This document shows, one piece after another, positions 41,484-50,772 of a stretch of DNA of 64,000 nt (positions within the stretch are counted from its first letter, which is position 1; each line of letters starts with the position of its first letter). The notes below the pieces were generated by a model, which was not told where the DNA came from, did not search any database, and saw nothing but the letters and a program-made list of their open reading frames with translations. Both the position numbers and the translations under genes were made by a program. Source of the DNA: an uncultured Dehalococcoidia bacterium. Lineage in GTDB: Bacteria > Chloroflexota > Dehalococcoidia > DSTF01 > JALHUB01. The stretch is from contig CAZMGB010000006.1 in assembly GCA_964565775.1 (NCBI GenBank), forward strand, positions 82,941 through 146,940, given 5' to 3'.

Positions 41484-41756
41484 CCTATTTCAGCGATACC
41501 ACGGATTGCAGTCAAGTCACATGCCGAGCCCGCATTGTTCGAGTGCCCGGCTCACTTGGGCTCGCTCCCCCTGAGGAGGTTGTGGGCGGCGTGGTAGACG
41601 GCACAGGCGCAGACACGCGGGGCCGGCCACGTTCCGTTGTTCCTGTCTGCGCCGTCCGTTTGGCACTTGCCCAAGCGCGGACGACATAGCACAATTGCGC
41701 TCGACAATTGCGGGAGCGCCCGAGAGGGTCCATTTTCGGCGGGAGAGCCTCTGTCC

Positions 41757-42926
41757 ATGGGAAACGGCGCCGTACCCATAAGCCGCGAGCCTCGGTACAA
41801 GGAGGTCATCGCCCGCTGGGAGGCGTTCTGGTCGCTTGAGGACGTGGGCCAGCCTCTGTGGATGGTCCCCACGCACCCCGTTCTCACCGCCACCGCGACT
41901 GGCCACGTCCCCATGCGGCCCTTGCTCCAGGACCGGGAGACGCAGCTCAACGCTCAGGTGGGACTGCTCCGGTGGCGCGAGTCCGTCGACCTGGGAGACG
42001 ACTTCGTACCACATCTTCAGGCCCACCAGGGGGTCACGGTCTTTGCCTCGGCGTTCGGCTGCGAGGTCGAATACTTCGACCACACGCTGCCCTGGGCCCA
42101 CCCCGTGATCAGACCTGAAGACCCGCCGGAGAAGGTCTACGAGCTGCCATCTCCCGCGATCACCGACGGCCAGCTCGGCACGATCCTTGAGTGGGGAGAC
42201 TACTTCGTCGAGCGAACGGAAAGACGCTACGCTCTGGCGGTGACCGACCTTCAGGGCCCTCTGGACAGCTCCTACCTGGTCTGGGAGCCGATGGCGTTCA
42301 TGGTCGCCATGAACACCAACCCCAGGGAAGTGCACCACCTGATGCGCCTGATGACCGACCTGATCATCGCCTTCGTCAAGGAGCAGCGCTCGCGCGTGCC
42401 CGAGTTCATGGCCTGCCACTTCCCGCCCGTCTGGCTTCCCGACGGAAGCGGCATCAGTATGAGCGACGACTGCCTGGCCGTCCTCAGCCCCGCCCTCTAC
42501 GAGGAATTCGTTCTGCCTTATGTCAACGAGTTCTCCGACGAGTTCGGGGGTGTGTTCATCCACTCCTGCGGGAACTTCATGCATCAGCTCAACAACCTCG
42601 AAAAGGTGCACAACCTGCGAGGCCTGAACTTCGAGGCGTCGGAGATGCCCTTCGAGGCCGTATGGGAACGCTTTGGCGGCCGGACGGCCATAGTAGTCCA
42701 CCGGGGCCTCAACAAGCAGATCCACTTCGATTCAGAGGCTGACTACGTGCGGCACGTGCTGCGGGTCAAGACCCACGACCGCGGCCTCTGCGTGTTGGTG
42801 TATCCGCCCGCGACGCGGAGGACGGCGCCTGACAGTCATGCCTCCGCCGCGATCTCCGGGACGGAGGCGGTGTCCCTGATGGATTTCGTTGGGCAAATGC
42901 GCGAGCTTCTGGCCCCTGTTCGCTGA
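41757..42926 (+). CDS. URO-D-family protein (corrinoid methyltransferase-like), paralogue 2
   Basis: The ORF starts at TTG 41637. An ATG at 41757 with a GGGAGAG RBS is the likely start. URO-D-like HSCGN motif; about 390 aa. Confidence 0.65.
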   Translation: MGNGAVPISREPRYKEVIARWEAFWSLEDVGQPLWMVPTHPVLTATATGHVPMRPLLQDRETQLNAQVGLLRWRESVDLGDDFVPHLQAHQGVTVFASAFGCEVEYFDHTLPWAHPVIRPEDPPEKVYELPSPAITDGQLGTILEWGDYFVERTERRYALAVTDLQGPLDSSYLVWEPMAFMVAMNTNPREVHHLMRLMTDLIIAFVKEQRSRVPEFMACHFPPVWLPDGSGISMSDDCLAVLSPALYEEFVLPYVNEFSDEFGGVFIHSCGNFMHQLNNLEKVHNLRGLNFEASEMPFEAVWERFGGRTAIVVHRGLNKQIHFDSEADYVRHVLRVKTHDRGLCVLVYPPATRRTAPDSHASAAISGTEAVSLMDFVGQMRELLAPVR

Positions 42927-42952
42927 GGGCCGGATGACGACGGAGGTGCAAC

Positions 42953-43609
42953 GTGGACCTTTCATCTATCAAGCAGCGGCTGGTTGAGGGGGACGCCCCG
43001 GGGACGGCCGAGGGCACCCGAGAGGCGCTGGCCGAAAAGATCCCGCCGGAGACCATACTCAAAGATGCCCTCATGGTCGGCATGGAGGAGGTGGGTGACC
43101 TCTTCTCCCGCAACGAGTACTTCGTACCTGAGCTCCTACTATCGGCTCGGGCCATGTATGCGGCGCTCGATGTCCTGCGCCCGCTGCTCGTGGGCAGCGG
43201 CTACGAGCCGGCCGGGAAGGTGGTCATGGGCACCGTCCAGGGCGACCTGCACGACATCGGCAAGAAGCTCGTGGGCATGATGCTCGAGGGCAGCGGCTTC
43301 GAGGTCGTCGACCTGGGGGCCAACGTCGCACCCGAGCGCTTTGTGGAGGCCATCAAGGAGAGCGGCGCCAAACTGGTGGGTCTCTCCGCGCTCCTCACCA
43401 CCACCCTCCCCGCCATGGAGGAGACGGTGCGCGCTATCCGCCAGGCGGAGCTCGCGACCGAGGTGCACGTCATGATCGGCGGCGCCCCGGTCACTGACTC
43501 CTTCGCCCAGCAGATCGGGGCCCAGGGCTACGCGCCCGACGCCTCCTCCGCTGCCGCTCTCGCTCGGCGACTGCTCGACCTGCCCGCTCGGCAGGGCGGC
43601 CCCGCCTGA
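42953..43609 (+). CDS. Corrinoid (B12-binding) protein, MtaC/MtbC-like
   Basis: N-terminal B12-binding cap (4-helix) domain, then a Rossmann B12-binding domain with GDLHDIGKK (DxHxxG). GTG start with a GGAGGTG RBS. Confidence 0.9.
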   Translation: MDLSSIKQRLVEGDAPGTAEGTREALAEKIPPETILKDALMVGMEEVGDLFSRNEYFVPELLLSARAMYAALDVLRPLLVGSGYEPAGKVVMGTVQGDLHDIGKKLVGMMLEGSGFEVVDLGANVAPERFVEAIKESGAKLVGLSALLTTTLPAMEETVRAIRQAELATEVHVMIGGAPVTDSFAQQIGAQGYAPDASSAAALARRLLDLPARQGGPA

Positions 43610-43660
43610 GGACCAGCCCGCCCCGAGCGTCGGTGTCCCCCTTAGCGAAGGAGGCTAGGC

Positions 43661-44791
43661 ATGCAGCACCAACCTGACTTCGAGAACCTTCGCCGGACGA
43701 TCCTCCGCCAGGGTCCGCCGGGCCCCGTGCCCTTCTTCGACCTGTTCGCCGACCCGGGCATGGTTGAGGCCGTGCTGGAGGAGAAGTTCCCCGTAAACCT
43801 GCACCGCTACATCGAAGAGCCCACCCTGGAGTTTCCCGAGGATGAGCTGCTGGGTCTGATGAAGTCAATCGAGATGTACGTCCGCTTCTGCCGCGAGGTG
43901 GGCTACGACTACGTGTTCATGGTGACGGGCTTCAGCCTTCAGCGAACCTTCCAGGCCGCCGCCGACACCGCCACAGCCGAGAACTGGCCCGGTGGTCAGC
44001 GCTACTGGCAGGATGAGAGCACCGGCCCGATCCAGAGCTGGGCGGACTTCGAGGCCTATCCCTGGCCCAAGGCCGAGGATCTGAACCACGCAGCGCTCGA
44101 GTACGTCAACGCCATCTTGCCGGAGGGGATGAAGATCGCGGCATTCATGTACGGCGGCATCTTCGAGCACTCTACCTGGCTCATGGGCCTGCAACCCTTC
44201 TCTTTCGCTCTCCGCGACCAGCCCGACCTGATAGAGGCGATCTGCCAGCGAGTGGGCGAGCTCGCCACAGCCACCTGCGCCCAGGCCGTCACCATTGACA
44301 ACGTCGACATGGTGTTCCTCAGCGATGACCTTGGATTCTTCAGTGGCACCCTCGTTTCGCCGGACGTGATCCGTCGCTACATCCTCCCCCATTACAAGAA
44401 GATCACCGACACTGCGCACCAAGCCGGCAAGCTGCTCGTCTTCCACTCCTGCGGGAACATGTACAAGCTAATGGACGACCTTGTCGACGACGTCGGCATC
44501 GACGCCAAGCACTCGTTCGAGGACAAGATCGTGCCCGTGGAGGAGGCCTGCCGTCGCTGGGGTGACCGGGTCGCGATCCTGGGTGGAGTGGACATGGACG
44601 TGCTCGGTCGGGGCACGGAAGAGCAGGTTCGGGCTCGCACCCGTCAAATCCTGGAGGTCTGCGGAGTCAAAGGCACCGGCTACTGCCTGGGCAGCGGCAA
44701 CACGGCCGCTAACTACATCCCAAAGCAGAACTACCTGGCCATGCTGGACGAGGGGCGTCGCTGGAACCGAGAGCATTTCGGGGCGGGCTAG
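43661..44791 (+). CDS. URO-D-family methyltransferase (MtaA/MtbA/CmuA-like), paralogue 3
   Basis: 376 aa. Same motifs as 39185..40345 (HSCGN, GYCLGSGN). GGAGG RBS. Confidence 0.75.
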   Translation: MQHQPDFENLRRTILRQGPPGPVPFFDLFADPGMVEAVLEEKFPVNLHRYIEEPTLEFPEDELLGLMKSIEMYVRFCREVGYDYVFMVTGFSLQRTFQAAADTATAENWPGGQRYWQDESTGPIQSWADFEAYPWPKAEDLNHAALEYVNAILPEGMKIAAFMYGGIFEHSTWLMGLQPFSFALRDQPDLIEAICQRVGELATATCAQAVTIDNVDMVFLSDDLGFFSGTLVSPDVIRRYILPHYKKITDTAHQAGKLLVFHSCGNMYKLMDDLVDDVGIDAKHSFEDKIVPVEEACRRWGDRVAILGGVDMDVLGRGTEEQVRARTRQILEVCGVKGTGYCLGSGNTAANYIPKQNYLAMLDEGRRWNREHFGAG

Positions 44792-44888
44792 GGCGGTCGT
44801 GGGCGGGGGTCCCCAGACCCGCGCGACTCCGTCGGGGTGTGAAGACCCCAACTTGCGAAGATGCATCCGCGTGGAGGTGAGGTAAGCC

Positions 44889-45770
44889 GTGACTAACGAT
44901 GATTCGCCGGCCGCGAGCCCAAGTGCACAACTGGGCATCCTCAAGCTGCTAGGTCTGGTAGAGGCCTTCGACCCAACTCGACGTTTCAAGCTCGTTCGTC
45001 ACCAAGAGCAAGGCCTTGACCTGCAGGACTTCCCCAAGGACTGGCTCGAAGCCTACCAGGCCTTCCAAGAGAAACCAGTCTTCGACGGGCTTGATTTCAT
45101 CGTTTCCTTCATTGGAGCTGGCCGCACCCAGGCGCGTCTCGTGGGTGTCTACGAAGTCCTGGGACGAAAGCCAGGACATGCGGGACGCCTGCCGGAAGGG
45201 TGCCCCCATAAAGAGTGGCTGGATTCCCATTACTTCTATCAGATGCAGCGGCTATCTGCATTCGAAGCGCTTGAGGGCAGGGTGGTAATCGAGTGGGGCA
45301 AGGGAACTAGGCGCTGGCATCAAAGGCCAACGAACAAGGAGGTGGTCCAAATCCTGCCCCAGGGTCAGCCCGTCGCGATGTTCGACGACTACCTCGGGTT
45401 CACACTGAGGTACGACCAGCTGAAGGACCTGTATCGCAGGCCCGAGGTCAATAGGGAATGGCGCGCTCGCTTGAGCGCAGTTGCAGGCGTCTATTTGATC
45501 CTTGCCACGACGACAGGGGCACAGTACGTCGGCTCGGCGCATGGGGTAGAGGGGTTCTGGGGCCGCTGGGCAGCGTACGCGAAAGACGGGCACGGGGGGA
45601 ACAAGCTGCTGAGCGATCTCGTGGAGAAAGACCGTGACTACCCAGAAAAGTTCTCCTACTCGATTCTTCAGATACTCCCACCGACCTTTGCCCGAAGCGA
45701 AGTGCTGAAATGGGAGGGCTTGTACAAGCAGAAGCTGGGTAGCCGGAGCGTCGGTTTGAATGTGAATTGA
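44889..45770 (+). CDS. Protein with C-terminal GIY-YIG nuclease-like domain and N-terminal domain of unknown function
   Basis: The C-terminus has GVYLILATTTGAQYVGSA...R...H..GGN...E (a GIY-YIG-like core). GC is about 55%, against about 68% for neighbours. It lies inside an otherwise co-directional methyltransferase operon. Confidence 0.5.
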   Translation: MTNDDSPAASPSAQLGILKLLGLVEAFDPTRRFKLVRHQEQGLDLQDFPKDWLEAYQAFQEKPVFDGLDFIVSFIGAGRTQARLVGVYEVLGRKPGHAGRLPEGCPHKEWLDSHYFYQMQRLSAFEALEGRVVIEWGKGTRRWHQRPTNKEVVQILPQGQPVAMFDDYLGFTLRYDQLKDLYRRPEVNREWRARLSAVAGVYLILATTTGAQYVGSAHGVEGFWGRWAAYAKDGHGGNKLLSDLVEKDRDYPEKFSYSILQILPPTFARSEVLKWEGLYKQKLGSRSVGLNVN

Positions 45771-45836
45771 GTGCCTCGGGTTCCAGCCACCGGCACCCCG
45801 TCTCTGGCGAGGTTCACCGCCTCTTAAAGCACTTCC

Positions 45837-47021
45837 ATGAAGGAGTCGCAGGCCATGCTCCCCCGGGAGCGCGTCCTCACGGCGCTTAACCACGAAGAGC
45901 CCGATCGCGTCCCCATCGACCTGGGCAGCACGAGGGTCACCGGCATCTGCCTGGACGCCTACGAGGGGCTCCGTGATGCCCTGGGCCTGGGCCAGCGCGA
46001 GCTGCGGGTGGTGGACCGCAGCCAGGGACTGGCCGGACCGGACGAGGACGTGCTGGAGGCGCTGGGCGTCGACTTCCGGCCGGTGTGGACGAACCCGCCT
46101 TCGGGCGGCGAGCCACCCGTTGCTCAGGAGGGGGAATACGAAGTCTACTTCGACGAGTGGGGCTGTCGACGGAGCCGCCCCCGCTCGGGCGGCCTCTACT
46201 TCGATATGACCGAGCCGGCCATAATGGAGCCCAGCATGGAGGCCCTGGAGAAGTTCCGCTGGCCTGACGTCGACGACTCCGCGCGCTACGAAGGGCTGCG
46301 CGGGCTGGCGCAGCGCCTTCGCGAGGAGACGTCCTACGCTCTGGTCGGCCACTGCGATTTCGGCCACGATATGCTGGGGTCCTTCCTCAACGTGCGCGGC
46401 TACACGGAGGCGATGCTCGACCTGGCCGCCCACGCGGACTTCGTCGAGGCATTCATGGAGGGGGCAACGCGACTGGCCCTGCGGGCCTGGGAGCACTTCC
46501 TGGAGCAGGTGGGCGAGCTGGTGGACGTGGTGCTCTGCTACGACGACCTGGGCATGCAGGACCGCCCCCTCATCTCACCCGCGATGTACCGGCGACTGAT
46601 CAAGCCCTACCACGGCCGCGTCATCGCCGCCATCCACAAACGCACCCCGGCGAAGGTGTTCTTCCATACCGACGGCGCCGTGGCCGAGTTCATTCCCGAT
46701 TTCATCGAGATAGGCGTAGACATCCTTAACCCTGTGCAGGTATCGGCGGCCGGCATGGAGGATACGGGCGCCCTCAAGAGGCGCTATGGCAAGAACCTGG
46801 TCTTCTGGGGCGGGGCCTGCGACTCCCAGAGGGTTCTCCCCTTCGGAAGCCCGGAGGACGTCCGGCTCGAGTCGCGACGTCGCATCGCCGACCTGGCGCC
46901 GGGGGGAGGCTTCGTCTTCGCCCCCGTCCACAATATTCAGTGCGACGTTCCGGGCGAGAACACTCTCGCTTTCTTCCAGAGCGCGCGGGAGGCCGGCCGC
47001 TACCCGGTCGCCGGCCCCTAG
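45837..47021 (+). CDS. URO-D-family protein (corrinoid methyltransferase-like), paralogue 4
   Basis: 394 aa. N-terminus PRERVLTALNHEEPDRVPIDLG is typical of the MtaA/URO-D family; URO-D fold. Confidence 0.65.
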   Translation: MKESQAMLPRERVLTALNHEEPDRVPIDLGSTRVTGICLDAYEGLRDALGLGQRELRVVDRSQGLAGPDEDVLEALGVDFRPVWTNPPSGGEPPVAQEGEYEVYFDEWGCRRSRPRSGGLYFDMTEPAIMEPSMEALEKFRWPDVDDSARYEGLRGLAQRLREETSYALVGHCDFGHDMLGSFLNVRGYTEAMLDLAAHADFVEAFMEGATRLALRAWEHFLEQVGELVDVVLCYDDLGMQDRPLISPAMYRRLIKPYHGRVIAAIHKRTPAKVFFHTDGAVAEFIPDFIEIGVDILNPVQVSAAGMEDTGALKRRYGKNLVFWGGACDSQRVLPFGSPEDVRLESRRRIADLAPGGGFVFAPVHNIQCDVPGENTLAFFQSAREAGRYPVAGP

Positions 47022-47030
47022 ATCAGCATT

Positions 47031-48689
47031 ATGTCAGGTCCGCATACCGGAAACACTGTGCGCGTCCGCTTCCATGACTTCGACTCCGAGGTCGAGGTGG
47101 AACGCGGGAAGACCGTTCTCGAGGCGGTGCGCCAGGCCGGCCTCGCGCTGGAGTCGGAGTGCGGCGGCCGCGCCACCTGCGGAAGCTGCCGCGTCCGCTT
47201 CCTCCAGGGCGCCCCCGCGCCCGGCGCCGACGATCGCCTGCTCCTCGACGACGAAGACATCGCTCAGGGGTGGCGCCTCGCCTGCCAGACCACGCTCACA
47301 GAGGACTGCCGCATCGCCCTCCCGGCGGCCGTCGCCGAGGGCGGGCTGCGCATCCTCACCGAGACGTACGGGATCGGAGAGGCTCCACCGATCATCCCAA
47401 GCACCGCCGTCGGTGCGTACGGCGCCGCCATCGATGTCGGTACGACCACAGTGGTCTGCTACCTGCTGGACCTCGCGCACGCGCGCCAGGTCGGCGTCGC
47501 CTCTTTCGCCAACCCGCAACGGCGACTGGGCCCGGATGTCATCTCCCGCATCGTCTACGCCCACCAGAGCCGCGAGCACCTGATCGAGGCCCGCGATTGC
47601 CTGGTCGAGGCGGTAGAGGAGGCGCTGGTGGCTCTTTGCCGCGAGCACCGCCTGCCGCTGGACGCCCTATCCCGCATCACGGTGGTCGGCAACCCCACCA
47701 TGCTCCACCTTCTGTGCGCCGTCGACCCCTGGTCACTGGGCATAGTGCCTTACCAGCCCGCGTTCACCGACGCAGCCGCCGTCGCCGCGGGCGAGGTGGG
47801 CTTCCGCCGTCTGGCCGGGGCCGAGCTGATTCCTCTGCCGGGCGTGGCGGGACATCTGGGCGCCGACGCCGTCGCCGGTCTACTGGCGCTGGGCCTCTCC
47901 GGGCGCCGAGGGCTGTTCCTGTCCATGGACATGGGCACCAACGGCGAGCTGCTGCTCGTCTCAGACGATGACGCCGTCGGCGCTTCCTGCGCCGCCGGAC
48001 CCGCTTTCGAGGGGGTGCACATCTCTTCGGGGATGGCCGCCCTCCCAGGCGCCGTCGAACGGGTGGACGAGGAGGACGGACGGCTGGCACTTGAGACCAT
48101 CGACGGCGCCGCGCCCTGCGGCATCTGCGGTTCAGGACTCGTCGACGTCGTGGCGCTGCTCGTGCGCCGGAGAATGCTGACGACCGGCGGACGCCTGCCC
48201 GAGCCCGCCGAGCTTCCCGAAGGCCTGCCGCGAGACCTGAGCCAGCGCCTGCGAGCGGACGACGAAGGCCGCCGTTTCGTCCTCTACGAGGATGGCGCGG
48301 GCCCGACCGTGGCCCTGACACAACGCGACATCCGTGAGGTGCAACTGGCCAAGGCCCCCATCCGTGTAGGGGTAGAGGTGCTGCTCGAGGAGATCGGCGC
48401 TGGGCCGAACCAGGTGGACGCCGTGTTCGTGGCCGGGGCCTTCGGCAGCTCCATCCGCCCGGCCAGCCTGCTGGCCCTGGGCATCCTGCCTACCGCCATG
48501 ACGGGCCGCATCCACCCTGTCGGCAATCTGGCCGGAATGGGCGCCAAAGTGGCCCTCGCCTCGGACGAGCGCCTGGAGGAGGCCCGCCGCCTCGCCCGCC
48601 GCATCCGGCACGTGGAGCTGATGCTGCGAGAGGACTTTCACGCCCGCTTCGCCGACCACATCCCGTTCCCGGAGCCGTCTCAAACATGA
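47031..48689 (+). CDS. Corrinoid reductive activase (RACo/RamA family: N-terminal [2Fe-2S] ferredoxin + ASKHA ATPase, DUF4445)
   Basis: Plant-type ferredoxin motif CGGRATCGSCRV...C, then a DUF4445/ASKHA domain (IDVGTTTV, MDMGTNGEL). The ORF ends with an ATGA overlap onto the next gene. Confidence 0.85.
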   Translation: MSGPHTGNTVRVRFHDFDSEVEVERGKTVLEAVRQAGLALESECGGRATCGSCRVRFLQGAPAPGADDRLLLDDEDIAQGWRLACQTTLTEDCRIALPAAVAEGGLRILTETYGIGEAPPIIPSTAVGAYGAAIDVGTTTVVCYLLDLAHARQVGVASFANPQRRLGPDVISRIVYAHQSREHLIEARDCLVEAVEEALVALCREHRLPLDALSRITVVGNPTMLHLLCAVDPWSLGIVPYQPAFTDAAAVAAGEVGFRRLAGAELIPLPGVAGHLGADAVAGLLALGLSGRRGLFLSMDMGTNGELLLVSDDDAVGASCAAGPAFEGVHISSGMAALPGAVERVDEEDGRLALETIDGAAPCGICGSGLVDVVALLVRRRMLTTGGRLPEPAELPEGLPRDLSQRLRADDEGRRFVLYEDGAGPTVALTQRDIREVQLAKAPIRVGVEVLLEEIGAGPNQVDAVFVAGAFGSSIRPASLLALGILPTAMTGRIHPVGNLAGMGAKVALASDERLEEARRLARRIRHVELMLREDFHARFADHIPFPEPSQT

Positions 48690-49600
48690 GTGGCGCGGGT
48701 GGGCCGAAAGACGCGCCCCTCGGCCGCGAGCTGTCCCGCTGTCCGCTGGTCTACGACGGCTCCAAGGGAGTCTATCTGTCGGAGCGACTGGCGTCCGTCG
48801 GGCGCTCGCCCGGAGACGCCAGCGAGTGGCTGAACCTCCTCTCGCCGAAGGTCGTCCGGCAGATGCACCGCGAGTACATCGACGCCGGCGCCCAGATGAT
48901 CCAGACGAACACCTTCAACGGCAATCGACTGCGTCTGGAGGCCTACGGACTGGGCGACCGTGTGCACGAGGTGAACGTCGCCGCCGCCCGCATCGCACGC
49001 GAGGCCGCAGGCGATGACGTGTGGGTCGCGGGCGTTGTGGGCCCGAGCGGAAAGCTCCTCGCCATGGGCGAGGTGAACGAGCGGGCCCTCGTCGGCGCCT
49101 TCGCCGAGCAAGCCGCGGCCCTGGCCGAGGGTGGTGTAGACCTGTTCCACGTCGAGACCATGAGCGACTTGACCGAAGCGAGGGCCGCCGTCGAGGGCGT
49201 GCGCCGTGTCGCCGATCTGCCGCTGCTCCTCACGATGTCATTCGACACCGGGAAGCCGGAGGCGCTGCGCACGATGATGGGTGTGACGCCCGCACAACTG
49301 GTGGATGCGGCCCGGGAGATGGAGCTCTTTGGTCTCGGCGCCAACTGCGGTCGCGGCCTGGAGGGCTACCAGGAGCTGGTCCGGGCGCTGGCGCAGCCCC
49401 AGGGCGCGCTCGTCGCCAAGCTCAATGCCGGCATCCCGCGCATGGAAGGGTCTCAGGTCGTCTATGACGGCACGCCGGAGAGGATGGCCGCATACGCCCT
49501 CTGGTGCGTCGAGAACGGCGTCAGCATCGTCGGGGGCTGCTGCGGTAGCACGCCCCGCCACATCGAGGCCATGGCTCGAGCGATTGCCCGGATGGGGTAA
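48686..49600 (+). CDS. Homocysteine S-methyltransferase-domain protein (MetH Hcy-binding / BHMT family, Pfam S-methyl_trans)
   Basis: IQTNTF, GANCGRG and [11 protein letters not shown] match the Zn-binding Cys triad region of the Hcy-binding barrel. It is translationally coupled (4-nt overlap) to the RACo gene. Confidence 0.8.
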   Translation: MSGAGGPKDAPLGRELSRCPLVYDGSKGVYLSERLASVGRSPGDASEWLNLLSPKVVRQMHREYIDAGAQMIQTNTFNGNRLRLEAYGLGDRVHEVNVAAARIAREAAGDDVWVAGVVGPSGKLLAMGEVNERALVGAFAEQAAALAEGGVDLFHVETMSDLTEARAAVEGVRRVADLPLLLTMSFDTGKPEALRTMMGVTPAQLVDAAREMELFGLGANCGRGLEGYQELVRALAQPQGALVAKLNAGIPRMEGSQVVYDGTPERMAAYALWCVENGVSIVGGCCGSTPRHIEAMARAIARMG

Positions 49601-49677
49601 GCCCACGGCGGCGCTGGACGGGGCACACGGCCCTCGCATAACATGAAGCTGAGGCGGCCGACCTCGGATCCGGTGCT

Positions 49678-50751
49678 ATGGCAAATTCCGAATCGCCCCT
49701 GCAAGCGTACCTGAAGCCCGTTCCCACGCCACCGGGCGTCAGCAGCCGCGAGATCGTGCGCCGCGCCGTTGAGTTCGACGACCCGCCACGCATACCGTAC
49801 AGCTTCATCCAGCCGCTGGAGTCGGACTTCGTGGAGCTGGCGGTAGTCACCCCCAGCCGCATCGAGATGTCGAACGTCCCGAAAGGAGAGTTCATCGTCG
49901 ATGAGTGGGGCGTGGGAGTGCGCAGCTCGGGGACGAGCTGGGGCCACGCCGAATCGCATCCGCTGGCGGACCTCAACGCCCTGGACGGCTACAGCTTCCC
50001 CGACGTCACGAACCGCGAGCGCTTCCAGGCGGCAGCGGGGCTGGCGAGGGCGGGCGACGCAGCCGGCAAGTACGTCGTCGGGGCGGACCCGATCCTGGGC
50101 ATCGAGCGCCTGCGGCTGCTCGTCGGCTTCGACAACCTCATGGTGGCGCTGTACACGGAGCGTTCGCAACTCGACCGCCTGATCGACAGGCTGGTGGACA
50201 TGACGCTTGAGGTCGTGCGGATGTACGCGGACATGGGCAACGTACACGGCTTCATGACCTGGGAGGACTGGGGCCTCCAGACCACGCTCCAGATCAGGCC
50301 GGCGCAGTGGCGCGAGATCTTCAAGCCGCGCTACTCACGCATCGTCCAGGCCACGCACGCCGCCGGCATGCACTACCTCTTCCACTGTTGCGGCCAGATC
50401 CTGGACATCATTCCGGACCTCATCGAGATCGGCGTCGACGTGCTCCAGCTCGACCAGCCCCGGCTCATGGGCGTGGACCACCTCGCAGACGAGTTCGGGG
50501 GCAAGATCTGCTTCTGGAACACGGTGGACATCCAGTGGTCGCCCGACCCTGAAGTCACGCTCGATGAGCTGAGAGCCGAAGTCAAGCACATGGTGGGTGC
50601 CTTTGATCGATTCGGCGGAGGCTTCATCGCGCGGCAGTACCCCCAACCCTGGGACATCGGCATGCCTCGCGAGAAGCACCAGGCGATCTACGAGGCGTTC
50701 ATGGAATACGGCTGCGGCCTGCGCCCGGAGCCCGGCGAGGCCGGAAGCTAG
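49678..50751 (+). CDS. URO-D-family protein (corrinoid methyltransferase-like), paralogue 5
   Basis: 357 aa URO-D-like fold with an HCCGQ motif. Confidence 0.6.
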   Translation: MANSESPLQAYLKPVPTPPGVSSREIVRRAVEFDDPPRIPYSFIQPLESDFVELAVVTPSRIEMSNVPKGEFIVDEWGVGVRSSGTSWGHAESHPLADLNALDGYSFPDVTNRERFQAAAGLARAGDAAGKYVVGADPILGIERLRLLVGFDNLMVALYTERSQLDRLIDRLVDMTLEVVRMYADMGNVHGFMTWEDWGLQTTLQIRPAQWREIFKPRYSRIVQATHAAGMHYLFHCCGQILDIIPDLIEIGVDVLQLDQPRLMGVDHLADEFGGKICFWNTVDIQWSPDPEVTLDELRAEVKHMVGAFDRFGGGFIARQYPQPWDIGMPREKHQAIYEAFMEYGCGLRPEPGEAGS

Positions 50752-50772
50752 GCGGGCCAACGGACGACACGG

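Noticed and set aside
41637-41756. N-terminal 40-codon extension of the URO-D paralogue 2 starting at TTG 41637
   Set aside because: The extension has no family similarity. An in-frame ATG at 41757 with a GGGAGAG RBS gives a family-typical N-terminus.
41484-41756. Possible cobalamin riboswitch upstream of the corrinoid methyltransferase operon
   Set aside because: No B12-box-like consensus or characteristic stem arrangement was recognisable by eye. It would need an Infernal scan.
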